A stretch of DNA of 64,000 nt from Podarcis muralis (Eukaryota): assembly GCF_964188315.1 (NCBI RefSeq), contig NC_135665.1, forward strand, positions 27,962,001 through 28,026,000. Reading direction: 5' to 3'. The notes under the pieces are model-generated. The model made no database searches. It worked only from the letters and a program-made list of their open reading frames with translations, and had not been told where the DNA came from. Both the position numbers and the translations under genes were made by a program. Positions within the stretch are counted from its first letter, which is position 1; the number at the start of each line of letters is the position of its first letter. Below, piece after piece: positions 12,701-22,993 of the stretch.

Positions 12701-13443
12701 TACTTCAGCAGGAGATAAAAAGTGATTCCCACAGGCAGGGCATGTGTCTATTGCAGCTTCCACTGATATTTGTTTAATGCTGAAAGGCTACACAGGAGCG
12801 CGGCAGACACATAGGAAAAGTCAGTGGAGGAGAGCCCTTTCCCCCATTTAGGCAACCTTTCAAGTTCATATTCACTGCATAGCCGCTGGCTTCTAGACAT
12901 AGACGATTTAGCAGCACCTAATCATTGCTGTTCTGCTTTAAACTGGAAGTGGATTAGCACATCTGCTTCTAGGCTTCTAGAATCCAAATAATATTCTGTA
13001 GCTAAGTGATCAGCCTCCCTTTCCCTAGTACCAAATATTGTGTAGCACAATTTTCATGGGGACCATGGTGCATATTGAGAAAGGCTACTGCACTTCCAAT
13101 CACGATTCCCCACTCCCTGCAGCAACTGAAGGAGAGGAAGAAAAGAAATGGAATAAAAAAGCAATTTTTGAAAGGATGATGTTGATTCCTAGAGAGGAGA
13201 GAAGGAGCATAGAGAAGGAAATTGCTGGAGCACTATATATAAACCATTAACAGTCTGTATAGGCCAGAATAGCTGCGTGATCTGTCAGATGCACCTGGGG
13301 AAATGGTGCAGCTGCTGCGTTGTGTGAAGTAAATCAAAATTTCTGAGCTCTGAAAAAAATGAAAGCTGAACAGGGAAGACATGGGAGGAAACTGTTCATG
13401 TCTTCAGGCAGATGCCTCAAAGGGAGCGAACAAAGCATGGCTA

Positions 13444-13519
13444 ATCTAGAGGACATGTCAAGTATGGAAGAAACCCAGATTTTATTTTGTGGCATCAAGT
13501 GTCACAACGGAAAGAAGTC
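13444..13519 (+). repeat. 76-bp direct repeat, left copy
   Basis: 75/76 identical to 14787-14862 (C13493 vs T14836); begins ATCTAGAG. Confidence 0.97.
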
Positions 13520-13538
13520 AAAGTCAACGGAAAGAAAG

Positions 13539-14786
13539 CAGTGTTTCCCAACCGGTGTTCCGCGGCACGCTAGTGTGCCGCGACACGTTGCCTGGTGTGC
13601 CGTGGGAGGGAGGCGGGCGAGTCGGGCGGCGAGAGGCGGGGCGGAGGCGGCGGGGAGAGGCCGCCCAGCGCGGGGCTCTCGCCGTCTGCCTGCCTGGCTG
13701 CCTGCATGGCATGGCGCTGACGTCACGGGGCTGTAACGTGCCCCACATAGGCACGCTTAGACCCTGGCTAGGAAGCGCCTTTGCCCTTGCCTTTTGCTCT
13801 CCTTACTTCCAGAAAGCTGGGCTGGTCGCCCGCTCCTCTCGGCGGTGGGAAGTGGTGCCGCTGGGAGCTCCGGGAGGCGGCGGAGGGGGCGCCGTGGGCC
13901 GGGAAGCCCCTCTCCGTCGGGGCCGGCAGGCGGCTGCCACTGCTGCTACGGGTGCTGTACAGCCTGGTGCTGGCGATGCCTTCGGAGCCGCCGCCGCCTC
14001 CGCTGCTGCGCGGGAACTCCTTGTGCGAGCGGCTCAGCTGCTTGCCTTTGCTGCGGAAAACCTCGCGCTTGTAGGTGCCGCTGGCTTGCGGTGTCGGCGC
14101 CGCGCTCTTGGGCAGCGGCTGCAGCGTGCGCTCCGTCCTGCCGGGCTCGTTGGTGAAGTGGACGGGCCTCAGGAAGCAGATGTCGATGCTGGACTCGGAC
14201 GAGGCCAGCGAGCACGCTTCGAAGGCGGGCAGGTTCCGCAGCGGCTCCACCTCCTCGTAAGGGTTGCCCCGGTACTCGAAGCCCTCGTAGTCCGGTGTGA
14301 AGCCGGAGCTGTCCTGCAGGAGGTCCGCCGCCGAGGCCCGCCGACGGGGCCGCTCGCGGTTGCCGTCGGGGCCCGTCGAAGGAGGCGCACTGCTGCCGCC
14401 GTACTCCAGGTCCGGGAGGGCGTGCAGGGAGGCGGCCAGAGCTTTCAGGTCGTGCTCGCTGAGCTGAGAGGGCGCCAGGTCGTGCTCGGGCCGCCGCCCG
14501 TCCGTTTCCCACTCGCAAGGGGAAGCGCCTTGCAGGCCGTCGAGGCCTTGCTGGGGGCTCGCTTTCATGTGGGACCTCGAGTGCCTTGGAAGGGAGACCA
14601 ATCAGTGTCGGATTTAGGTATAAGCTAAACAAGCTATAGCTTACCATTACCTTCTATGCTGTTACTATTTTTTTTTTTTTTTACATAGGTAAAAAGTGAC
14701 CTTTCCCCATCTGGCATGGTGGTGTGCCTCGAGATTTTTTTCATGAAACAAGTGTGCCTTTGCCCAAAAAAGGTTGGGAAACACTG
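13539..14786. mobile_element. Non-autonomous hAT (Charlie-like) transposon carrying a captured gene fragment (Pack-TIR-like)
   Basis: Perfect 15-bp TIRs CAGTGTTTCCCAACC (13539-13553) and GGTTGGGAAACACTG (14772-14786). Subterminal GTGTGCC motifs at both ends. Right flank ATCTAGAG matches the Charlie NTCTAGAN target. No transposase ORF. Confidence 0.92.
13768..14601 (-). pseudogene. Captured fragment of a vertebrate terminal coding exon (Ser/Pro/Arg/Gly-rich, probably disordered C-terminal tail); parent gene not recognised
   Basis: 277-codon open frame with strong G/C-ending codons (e.g. GAC CTG GCG CCC TCT CAG CTC AGC GAG CAC GAC CTG) and protein-like motifs (RRASAADLL, YEGFEYRGNPYEEV, SSESSIDICFLRPV). 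Ends ...AKGKGKGAS*. Entirely inside the TIRs. The listed start is a TTG at the junction, so the true 5' end is missing. Confidence 0.75.
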
Positions 14787-14862
14787 ATCTAGAGGACATG
14801 TCAAGTATGGAAGAAACCCAGATTTTATTTTGTGGTATCAAGTGTCACAACGGAAAGAAGTC
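14787..14862 (+). repeat. 76-bp direct repeat, right copy
   Basis: Abuts the right TIR; 75/76 identical to 13444-13519. Confidence 0.97.
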
Positions 14863-16069
14863 CCACTACCTACCTCATATTACCTGCTTTGTGGCAGAGG
14901 CAAACAGGGCCTTCCGCAGCATGGCTTCTGCTCTTTAGGCAAAGGGAGATCTCAAGGACATCCTATATACCAGGGTCGGTACAAGCTGAATACAGTCCAT
15001 CTACCAGGAAGCGTAACCTTTCAGGGGGTTGACAAGTGACCCTGTAGGACCACCAAAATCCAGTTTATCAAGGCCGCGATGAGCTGTCGTATATAGCTAG
15101 TGTGTGGGGATCCTTGTCGGGTCACAGCTTGTGTTGGCCTGCCGAGAACCCCCACATTGTCTACCTGTCTTCCCCCTTTTATTTCTTTAACTTAAAATAC
15201 ACACCAAGGAAGATGAAACTGAAGTCTACAGGGCAAATCAGGCCCACCAAGCTGTTTGATGTGGCTCACCAGCCCCCACATCCTTATCCATCGTCACACT
15301 AGTCTAGGAGGAGAACCCTCTGGGCCTCTCCATCTTATCATCGGGACTCTCTCTGAGCCATGCCTGCTCCTCAGCCCACACCCCCTCTCCTCAGGCCACT
15401 CCCCTCAATGGCCAGGATGTGCATCCTTCTCAGGTGCTTCTGCATGACTGAAATGTGTAGAGAAAGCCACTTGCTTGCTTGCCTGGATGGTGGTTACAGA
15501 GGTGTGGTCACTTTTGCATGGCTGAAATGGCATATTGTACAAAGGTAAGAGTCGCATCCCTTGCTCCGCCTACTTTTCCTCTTCTGGCCCCACCCACTTT
15601 TGCCTCTGGCACCCACCAGAAGGCTGCCCTCTAAGGAATGTAGCCCTTTGACTTGAAAAAGATCCCTCACCCCTGCTTTAAATGTCAACACCAGCACTTC
15701 AAAGTGGGCTTGGAAACAGACTCACAACTAATACAGCTGGCACAGTATCAGACACCACTGGAGAAGGGATGGGGGGGGGGAGGAAATTGTTAAGACATTT
15801 GGATTAAGAAGGAGAAGAGGCTGTAATAGATTCTTTTCAAGTTGGAAAAGGGATTTTGTAGTCAAAAGACTCACTTCTAGGAATTCAGTTGTTAATGACA
15901 CAAAAGGTGTACACTGTAATCCCCATCTTGCTTTCTGCAGCACGGCTTGTACAGCATGTAAAATAATGCTGCATTCTATGGCATGTAAAATAAACTAAGA
16001 AGTGTGTGTGCAACAATTTACATCCTGAGGATTTCTCGTGAATATTCCAGGATTTTTGATCCACAGTAT

Positions 16070-16423
16070 GGACGCGGGTGGCGCTGTGGTCTAAACCACA
16101 GAGCCTAGGGCTTGCTGATCAGAAGGTTGCCGGTTCGAATCCCCATGACAGGGTGAGCTCCTGCTGCTCAGTCCCTGCTCCTGCCAACCTAGCAGTTTGA
16201 AAGCATGCCAAAGTGCAAGTAGATAAATAGGTATCGCTCCAGCGGGAAGGTAAACGGTGTTTCCGTGCGCTGCTCTGGTTCGCCAGGAGCGGCTTAGTCA
16301 TTCTGGCCACATGAACCGGAAGCTGTACGCTGGCTCCCTCGGCCAGTAAAGTGAGATGAGCGCTGCAACCCCAGAGTCGTCTGCAACTGGACCTAACGGT
16401 CAGGGGTCCCTTTACCTTTACCT
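16070..16423 (+). mobile_element. Sauria SINE (type B)
   Basis: Head GGACGCGGGTGGCGCTGTGG; tail GGGGTCCCTTTACCTTTACCT. Confidence 0.93.
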
Positions 16424-17596
16424 ATGTGGATCTTATTAAGAACATATACGAAAGGAAGAGGGCACTTGTGGCTACACAGTGGTACAGCAATCTGACCATT
16501 ATGGGCTAGAGCAATGCTCCATCTTCAGACTTTTCTTTCAGGTTCTATCCAGTGTTATTCCGACAATAAACAGCCGGTTTGTCCTCCTGCCAATAAATTC
16601 AACCCATTTACTTTTATGCCTGAAAGTATCCTTATTCAAAAGGAAGACCTCCTCTTTACTTCATTGCTTTGTCAATGAAACTAGGCTGTCAGGCAACCCC
16701 ACATTTAATAAGGGCCAGACAGCATGCTATGCTAGCTATGTTATCTGTGCCCTTAACTGCAGGTTTTTTGTTTTCTTTTTCTTTTAAAGCCAACTTGTAA
16801 AAGCACATATTGCCAGTGCAGTGGAGGAGGAGGTGGGGGCAGTCATTGGGCTATCCAGATCCCAATCCGAATCAGGACTCTTAACCCTTTCTGTGGTCTT
16901 TATCCAAATTGGACTGCTGCCCCTGCAATTTGCACTGGTGAAAAACTCCCATTCATTTCAGTGGAAGATTTCCTCCTCCAGTGCAGGTGCAGAGCCCCTG
17001 ATCCAGATCAAGACCATAGTGGTGGACAAAGGATTGAAGACCCATCTCTTCCCACTAGGGTCCCAAACTGGATTGCACCTTGCAGACAATCTCCCCCCCC
17101 CCCTTCTTTCCCCCCTCTCTCTTCATTTAAGGCACAAGTAGACAGACTGGCTTTAAGCTGTATGAATAAGTGGGAAAGGAATGGATACCTTGTCCAAAAT
17201 CACTCAGCACATCATGGCTATGTAATAAGGGATCTAGGATTTCTATGATGCCCTCTGTTTTTATGCATCAATTGGAGATTTTATATTCATCACCCAGATA
17301 GAAATCAGCAGGTGAAGCATTTCATTGCATGCAGGTAAGCTAATGTCTCTTTTCCAATCTACTGTTAAGAGCATAAGCAGAGGAGCCTGTAAAGAGCAAC
17401 TCTCATTGGATCTGCCTTTGAAAATATATGAGAATCAGCAAAAAAGATGGATGAATTTTGTGTTGTAAGATAAAATCTGATTGAACTATCTTCTAGCCAT
17501 TGGAAATTATATGCCCAAGGCATGGTTTTGTGATAGGCTCACAGATACACAGAAAGGTGCACCTCAAGAATTACTGGACTTGCTTTGAACTCAGAT

Positions 17597-17898
17597 CACA
17601 TCTGTGCCATGTGCTTAAAGCACTATTATGCCCCTTTAACGGTCATGGACTCCTACGAAGAATTCTGGGAACTGTAGTTTGTAGCTTTGTGAAGGGAATT
17701 GCAATTAATCTCTATAGTTGCCTGGGAAAACAGAGATTGATTTATAAACCTTTAGGAGAACTGTAGCTCTGTGAGGGCAGAAGGGGTCTCCTAACATCTC
17801 TAAGCACCCTCAACAAACTACAGTTCCCAGGATTCTTTGGGGGAAGCCATGGCTGTTAATGTGGCATAATGCTGCTTTAAACATATGGTGTGGATGTG
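17597..17898. mobile_element. Palindromic (fold-back) MITE-like element
   Basis: Imperfect TIRs CACATCTGTGCCATGTGCTTAAAGCA / TGCTTTAAACATATGGTGTGGATGTG, plus internal inverted GGGAACTGTAGTTT / AAACTACAGTTCCC. Superfamily not determined. Confidence 0.75.
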
Positions 17899-18149
17899 TG
17901 TTAACTCAGTGTTCATTATCATCATCATAGAAGGCAAATGCTATTTAATAGTATTGTTATGGGTTTTGGGGTGCCAGAGTCTGGGGGTGCCTGGATTTAG
18001 TAAGTGCTAACATCTGGTCAATGCTTGGAGAGTTAAACTGGAAGTCAGACCCTTAATAGCAGCTTCCTGTGTCCAGGCCAGGCTGATAATGGCAGAGTTG
18101 TTCATGATCCATGTCATCTGTCATGGATGCTTTAGCTGAGATTCCTGCA

Positions 18150-18214
18150 TTGTGGGTGGGTGGGTGTGGACTAGATGACTCTTGTGTCCCTTCCAACTCT
18201 ACAATTCTATGATT
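18150..18214 (+). mobile_element. CR1-type 3' tail (SINE or LINE)
   Basis: GGACTAGATGAC...TCCCTTCCAACTCTACAATTCTATGATTC. Confidence 0.7.
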
Positions 18215-18228
18215 CAAACAAAGGGGGC

Positions 18229-18623
18229 AGTGAGATGGGCAATTAACCAAGCAGAGACTCTGTGCTAGCTAGCAAATGGGTGGAACCCACCCACCCTGGG
18301 CTCTGGTTAGTTAGTAGAAGGTAATGCCAGAGTTTTTGAGAAGGAAGAAGATTCAGGATTGCAGCTGTGGGTGATTTAAGCTGCAGGAGGAATAGTTGCA
18401 GATGGGAAGTGGAGGAAAGCTGAAGAGGGGGTGGATCAGGGCATAATGGGGCTAACCATTTTTGAAGCAGAGGGAGAAATGAAACCCTATTGGAGTGTAA
18501 TGATGGATGCCCCTCCATCGTAGGCTCAGGTAGTATATTTGTGCAAATAAACCATATATCCTAAAGACTCTGCTGTGCCTCATTTCCAAAAGAAACACAA
18601 ACCCTGGATCCAGGAATCTCACA
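18229..18623 (+). mobile_element. Possible degenerate solo LTR
   Basis: (A)GTGAGA ... TCTCACA inverted ends and AATAAA at 18547 near the 3' end. No TSD found. Confidence 0.35.
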
Positions 18624-19509
18624 GTATTATAGTATTCTGCATTCAGAATGTCCCAAGGAAATAAACTTATTGGACATGCCAGTGAAATAACCTCCCATGT
18701 TTTAGACAAGGCCAGATGTAAGAAGTTTGCCTCCTTCTTTCTCGTCACCCCATGGCCCCTGCCAGGATTATTATGGGTCAAGGAGCCTTCGAACAAATGG
18801 AAATCAATAGACTGCAGTGCCAGCTGATTCACTCAGACAGGTCTGAGTGAACCTAGTCGTGACAAGCGATAGATTTATCAACAATGGACTGTGCACGAAC
18901 AAAAGGTGCGGGTCATTGTCTGTTATTGCCTTAGCCTCCCAGCAGGAGATCTGAGTCAGTCACAGAGGCGTGTGTATGAATAATAATATCATAATGTGCA
19001 TTCGTAAGAGTGTGGAATCATTTGCACTGCTCAATTTACCTTCTGTACAGTGCCATATAATGAAATAGCACCGGACAAATAATAACAGGATAATCACCTT
19101 CATCCTGATCCATGAAGGATGTTTAGGAATGAGAGTTTCTCTGATGATATATCAAACTGACGCAAAGAAAGGGAAAGAGCTGTAATTTTAATTTCCATCT
19201 GTTTCAGCTAGGCTTCCTCTCCTTCCTTAACACAGAGCAGCCCCGAGATCCCATACCTGTAACCATTTCCCATACAGACTGCCTCTTCTCTGCCTCTTGT
19301 CCTGCACTGCAGTGGGTTGCAATAGATGACCCTTGGTGTCCCTTCCACCTCTATGATTCTGTGATGGTGTATAATATTTCCAGCTGTGGCTCAAGGACAG
19401 GGTGCTGGTAGGGAGAGAAGATGACAACCATTATATTTTATTATTATATTACATTTATATCCCACTTTTCCTCTAAGGAGCTCAAGGTGACATATATGGT
19501 TGTTCTCCC

Positions 19510-19632
19510 TGAGACTCTTAATCTCAGAGTTGAGGGTTTGAGTCCCACGTTGGGCAAAATATTCCTGCATTTCAGGGGGTTGGACTAGATGACCCTCGTA
19601 GTCCCTTCCAACTCTACTGTTCTATGATTCTA
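19510..19632 (+). mobile_element. tRNA-Lys-headed SINE with CR1-type tail, inserted in an older L2/CORE-type element
   Basis: TGAGACTCTTAATCTCAG...GAGTCCCACGTTGGGC matches tRNA-Lys(CTT); tail GGGGGTTGGACTAGATGACC...TTCTATGATTCT. Confidence 0.8.
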
Positions 19633-19872
19633 TTATTTTATCCCACTCACAATAACCCTGTGAAGTGGGTTAGGCTGAGAGACCGAAACAGCTTCCTAAA
19701 TGCTGGGCTAACCCTATGCATGTCCTTACCTCCTGTAAGTGCCACAGACCTTAGGTAACAATGCGGTTTAAGGACAGAGCATTGTGTTATGTCTCTCCCT
19801 GCTCCAAAGGCAGCAAGTACGGAAATATTCCTGTTCCAGGAAGCTCAGAGGACCAGGCTGCAAATGACTTAC

Positions 19873-19894
19873 CTGAGGAATTGGCTGTCAGATG
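19873..19894 (-). other. Candidate 22-nt micro-exon
   Basis: Minus strand TCTAAC branch motif, CTTTTATGTTCCTACCAG acceptor, CATCTGACAGCCAATTCCTCAG, then GTAAGT donor. Confidence 0.25.
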
Positions 19895-20554
19895 CTGGTA
19901 GGAACATAAAAGGTTAGATTACCTGGGTTTTCCTTATAGGCTGCTTTAATAGTAAGGCTCGCCCAGACCTAACGCTTTCGCCTCAGCAGAGAGTTTTGGG
20001 GAACCGTAATTAGTTTCTGTGGAATACAGTTAAATTAAAGCAGGATGATGTTCAAGGGCCCTCAATACTGGAATTAATTTTCTCCCTTGGTCTCAAATAG
20101 CCTGAATCAGTCGAGCTTCAGTGCATGGTGCACAGCTTATCTGTTTGAATGGGTCTTCGGGGATGGCTGAGGTGAAAGGGGCATAAAGAAAGCATAGGTT
20201 CAGGATTTTTCTTTTGCCTGAATTATTTTCTAGCTTTTGTTCTCTCTCTCTCTCAGCTTAACAGCAACACATTACACTTCACGCTTTGTTCCAAACACTG
20301 TGCCTGGTTTCCTAATAGTTTGCTGCTACAGCATGTAGTCACATTTTTAATAACGGGAATGGAGGACCAAGAGCTGCTATGTTCTTTTACGGCAGCTATT
20401 ACCTTGTTCGTTTCTGTTTATTTAAACTTGAATGGACATGCAGTCAATTATTTATTACTATCCCACTTTCTCCAAGGAGCTCAGAGTGACTTATAAGCTC
20501 CTTCACATTTTATCCTCAGAACAGTCCTGCAGGTGGGCTGCGATCCCTAAGGGT

Positions 20555-20890
20555 GGGTTCTATGGGGAGCTGGCACCAGGCCCATTGGCAGAGCAACTCT
20601 GTGTTACAAAGGTGTCTATGAATGTGACATGAAGGCTGGCAACAACAACCCAGCCGTGTGGGAATCCCTTGCAGATGATCACAGTGCCTGGAGACAGGCA
20701 GTCAAGTTGTGTATCCACAGCAGTGACCAAGGAGAAATGACCGCTGGGAGGAATGCAGTGAGAAGGCACGCCATGGTGCATCTGCAGCAGCACAACTGGA
20801 CTCCTTCATCTGCCCAGCTGCAACAACACATGTCTCTCTCGCATCGGTCTCTACAGCCACAGCAGGCGCTGCAACTGAGTCTAAGACAAG
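20555..20890 (+). mobile_element. RTE-clade LINE (non-Bov-B) 3' end, degraded
   Basis: YGELAPG..., WESLADDHSAWRQAV and a C-terminal CCHH-like remnant (TTCATCTGCCC...CGCATCGGTCTCTACAGCCACAGC). Confidence 0.8.
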
Positions 20891-21489
20891 GAATTCCAGA
20901 ATATTAGCCTTGTTTCACCGTCCTAGGCTTCATCAGTAGTACAAACACATATATGATATCACAGGACAGTGGATCTTATAGCATAGTAGTAGCATAGCAT
21001 AGAAAGGATTCTGTGGAACTGCAACAACCTTTCGTGTGGATTGTTGGACTCTATGAACAGACAGGTGGAATAGACACTTTCACATATATGGACCTTATGC
21101 ATAAACTGATTAGAGAATGAACTGAGCCACTGGGTCTTCTACTTTTTCCGTTGAACTTTACGAGCTACTTCTGTTGAAATCTACAATTCAGTACAATGAA
21201 TAGTATATACTAGTTTTTCAAACGTGCAGCCAGTTACGCCTTGTGTGTTTATTGAAGATGTTTCACGTAACCAGAGGTTTGTTGTTGTTTTGCAACTGTC
21301 CAACAAGCTTGACCTCACCCCCTAAGGCGCACTTCTCCATTGTCTCCTCAGATGCCAACCTATCGTGCTGGCTAGGAAGGAATCAGAAAAAGCGTTCTCT
21401 TGGAGGATTATGACAACGTTATTCTGGTATAGCCCTTGGACATGACAGCCAGAAGTTGGATATATGGTGCTTTTCCTGGATGGAGAGGA

Positions 21490-21652
21490 AGGGATGTAGC
21501 TCCGTGGCAGAGCATTGGCCTTGAATATAGGTTCAATCCCTGGCAATTCCAGGTAAGGCTGTGAATGTCCCCAGTTGGAAACCCAGAGAGCTCCTGCCAG
21601 TCAGTAGCTGATAGAGCAATGGGTTGACTAGTATGAAGCACCTTCCTTTGTT
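21490..21652 (+). mobile_element. tRNA-derived SINE with CR1-type tail, degraded
   Basis: GTAGCTCCGTGGCAGAGCA A-box and GGTTCAATCCC B-box; similar to 35418-35600. Confidence 0.6.
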
Positions 21653-22665
21653 CCCAGGCTGAAGAAATGGAGATGTGAGATTTCTGTCTGCAAGGCAACT
21701 GCAGAAAGTGCAAGAGCCTAGTTAAAAAATATATGCACCTGCAGTTGAACAGAACACAAATAAATGGCTGTTGAAGTTGCAGGAATTATTTTGAACTGGT
21801 ACTATAAAAATCAATGATCTATCAGAATAATAATAATAATAGTGTGTGTGTGTGTGTGTATATATATAATGATAAACACAAGATTTCAGTTCAGAAAATA
21901 AGTAGAGGTTTATAGTGTTTTGTTCCTTAATTCAGTTTAGAGACCCAGTATATGGTATAAGTTCCAATGGAGGGCTTTTTAGCACTGCCAGAGCATTGCT
22001 TTCCCCCAGTTGGAAAAAAAAGCAGAATTCCACACAGTGCTATATTATTAGGCAAAGCTAATTTTTTGGCCAAGATCTTACAAGAACGTCCCATTTACCA
22101 AAGGACACCTGCAACTTTAATGAGCATTGTCTGCCTTGCCGCTTCTATCCCTGTTATTGTTTTCTGTTTAGTGCAGCACCACTGACTAATTGCAGGGCAA
22201 TTAAGAGGCAATTCGGCAGTTAATTACCAACAATTAGAGAAAGAAGCTATTTCTTCTGGAGGAGGAAGCTTCTGATTAAAGGTACAAGAGTCCTGAGAAG
22301 CCTAATAGCTTCTTGTGAGTCTTCTACACATGATAGACGGGTACAACTGTATTTTATTGGGGGGGGGGGAGTCTCTCTAAATTAGGGCCCAGAAAGACAA
22401 TACACTGGAATGCAATGGGCTGGATCAGGCCATGTATTCCAGCACCCTTTTTTAAGTTACATGTTTACGGGAAGCCTGCAAACAGGATGCGAATACAATA
22501 GTTCATTCATGTTCCCCAGCAAACGGTGGTGTTTAGAGATTTTCTTTTATCTCCTGTACTGGATGGAGGTGGTTCACAACCATCATGGCTAGTAGCCATT
22601 GATAACCTTATTTTTCATAGATCTGTCCCTAATCTGCTTTTAAAGCTATTCAAGTTAACAGCCAT

Positions 22666-22993
22666 TGTGAGTTGAGGACCCACCCCCCGCTTAGGGATAA
22701 ATAAGACACAAGGACACAAGTATTTAGGTTAATGGGCTAAATACGGCCACAACTTTATTGGTTACAGCATGTGAGTGGTATTGGCTTAGGCACTGGATCA
22801 AATAACCTATGGATGACTCCACCCTGCACAGCGGGGAGTCATTTGAAGGTTAACAACCAGTGGGAGGAGCTTGTTGATGTAAATACAACTGAAGGCTTCC
22901 CCTGTTGTCACTGGGGGTCGTGCCATGGCCTTAGCCACCAGCAGGGCATTGGACAGGATGTGGGGATGGCTCCCGCTCACAACACCTCCCCTC
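22666..22993 (-). mobile_element. Truncated LTR retroelement: 3' LTR (22666-22984) plus polypurine tract, within a CR1 remnant
   Basis: Minus strand GAGGGGAGG|TGTTGTGAG...AATAAAGTTGTGGCC...CTCACA. CR1 sequence on both sides; no TSD. Confidence 0.55.

Noticed and set aside
13768-14601. Assigning a gene symbol, or calling this a native exon of a local gene
   Set aside because: I could not match the peptide to any protein I recall with confidence. It is enclosed by TIRs and has no splice acceptor at its 5' junction.
13489-14628. 379-aa plus-strand ORF and other overlapping ORFs across the cargo
   Set aside because: Antisense or alternative-frame shadows of the GC-rich minus-strand frame. They cross TIR and junction boundaries and have Ala/Gly/Arg/Leu-biased composition.
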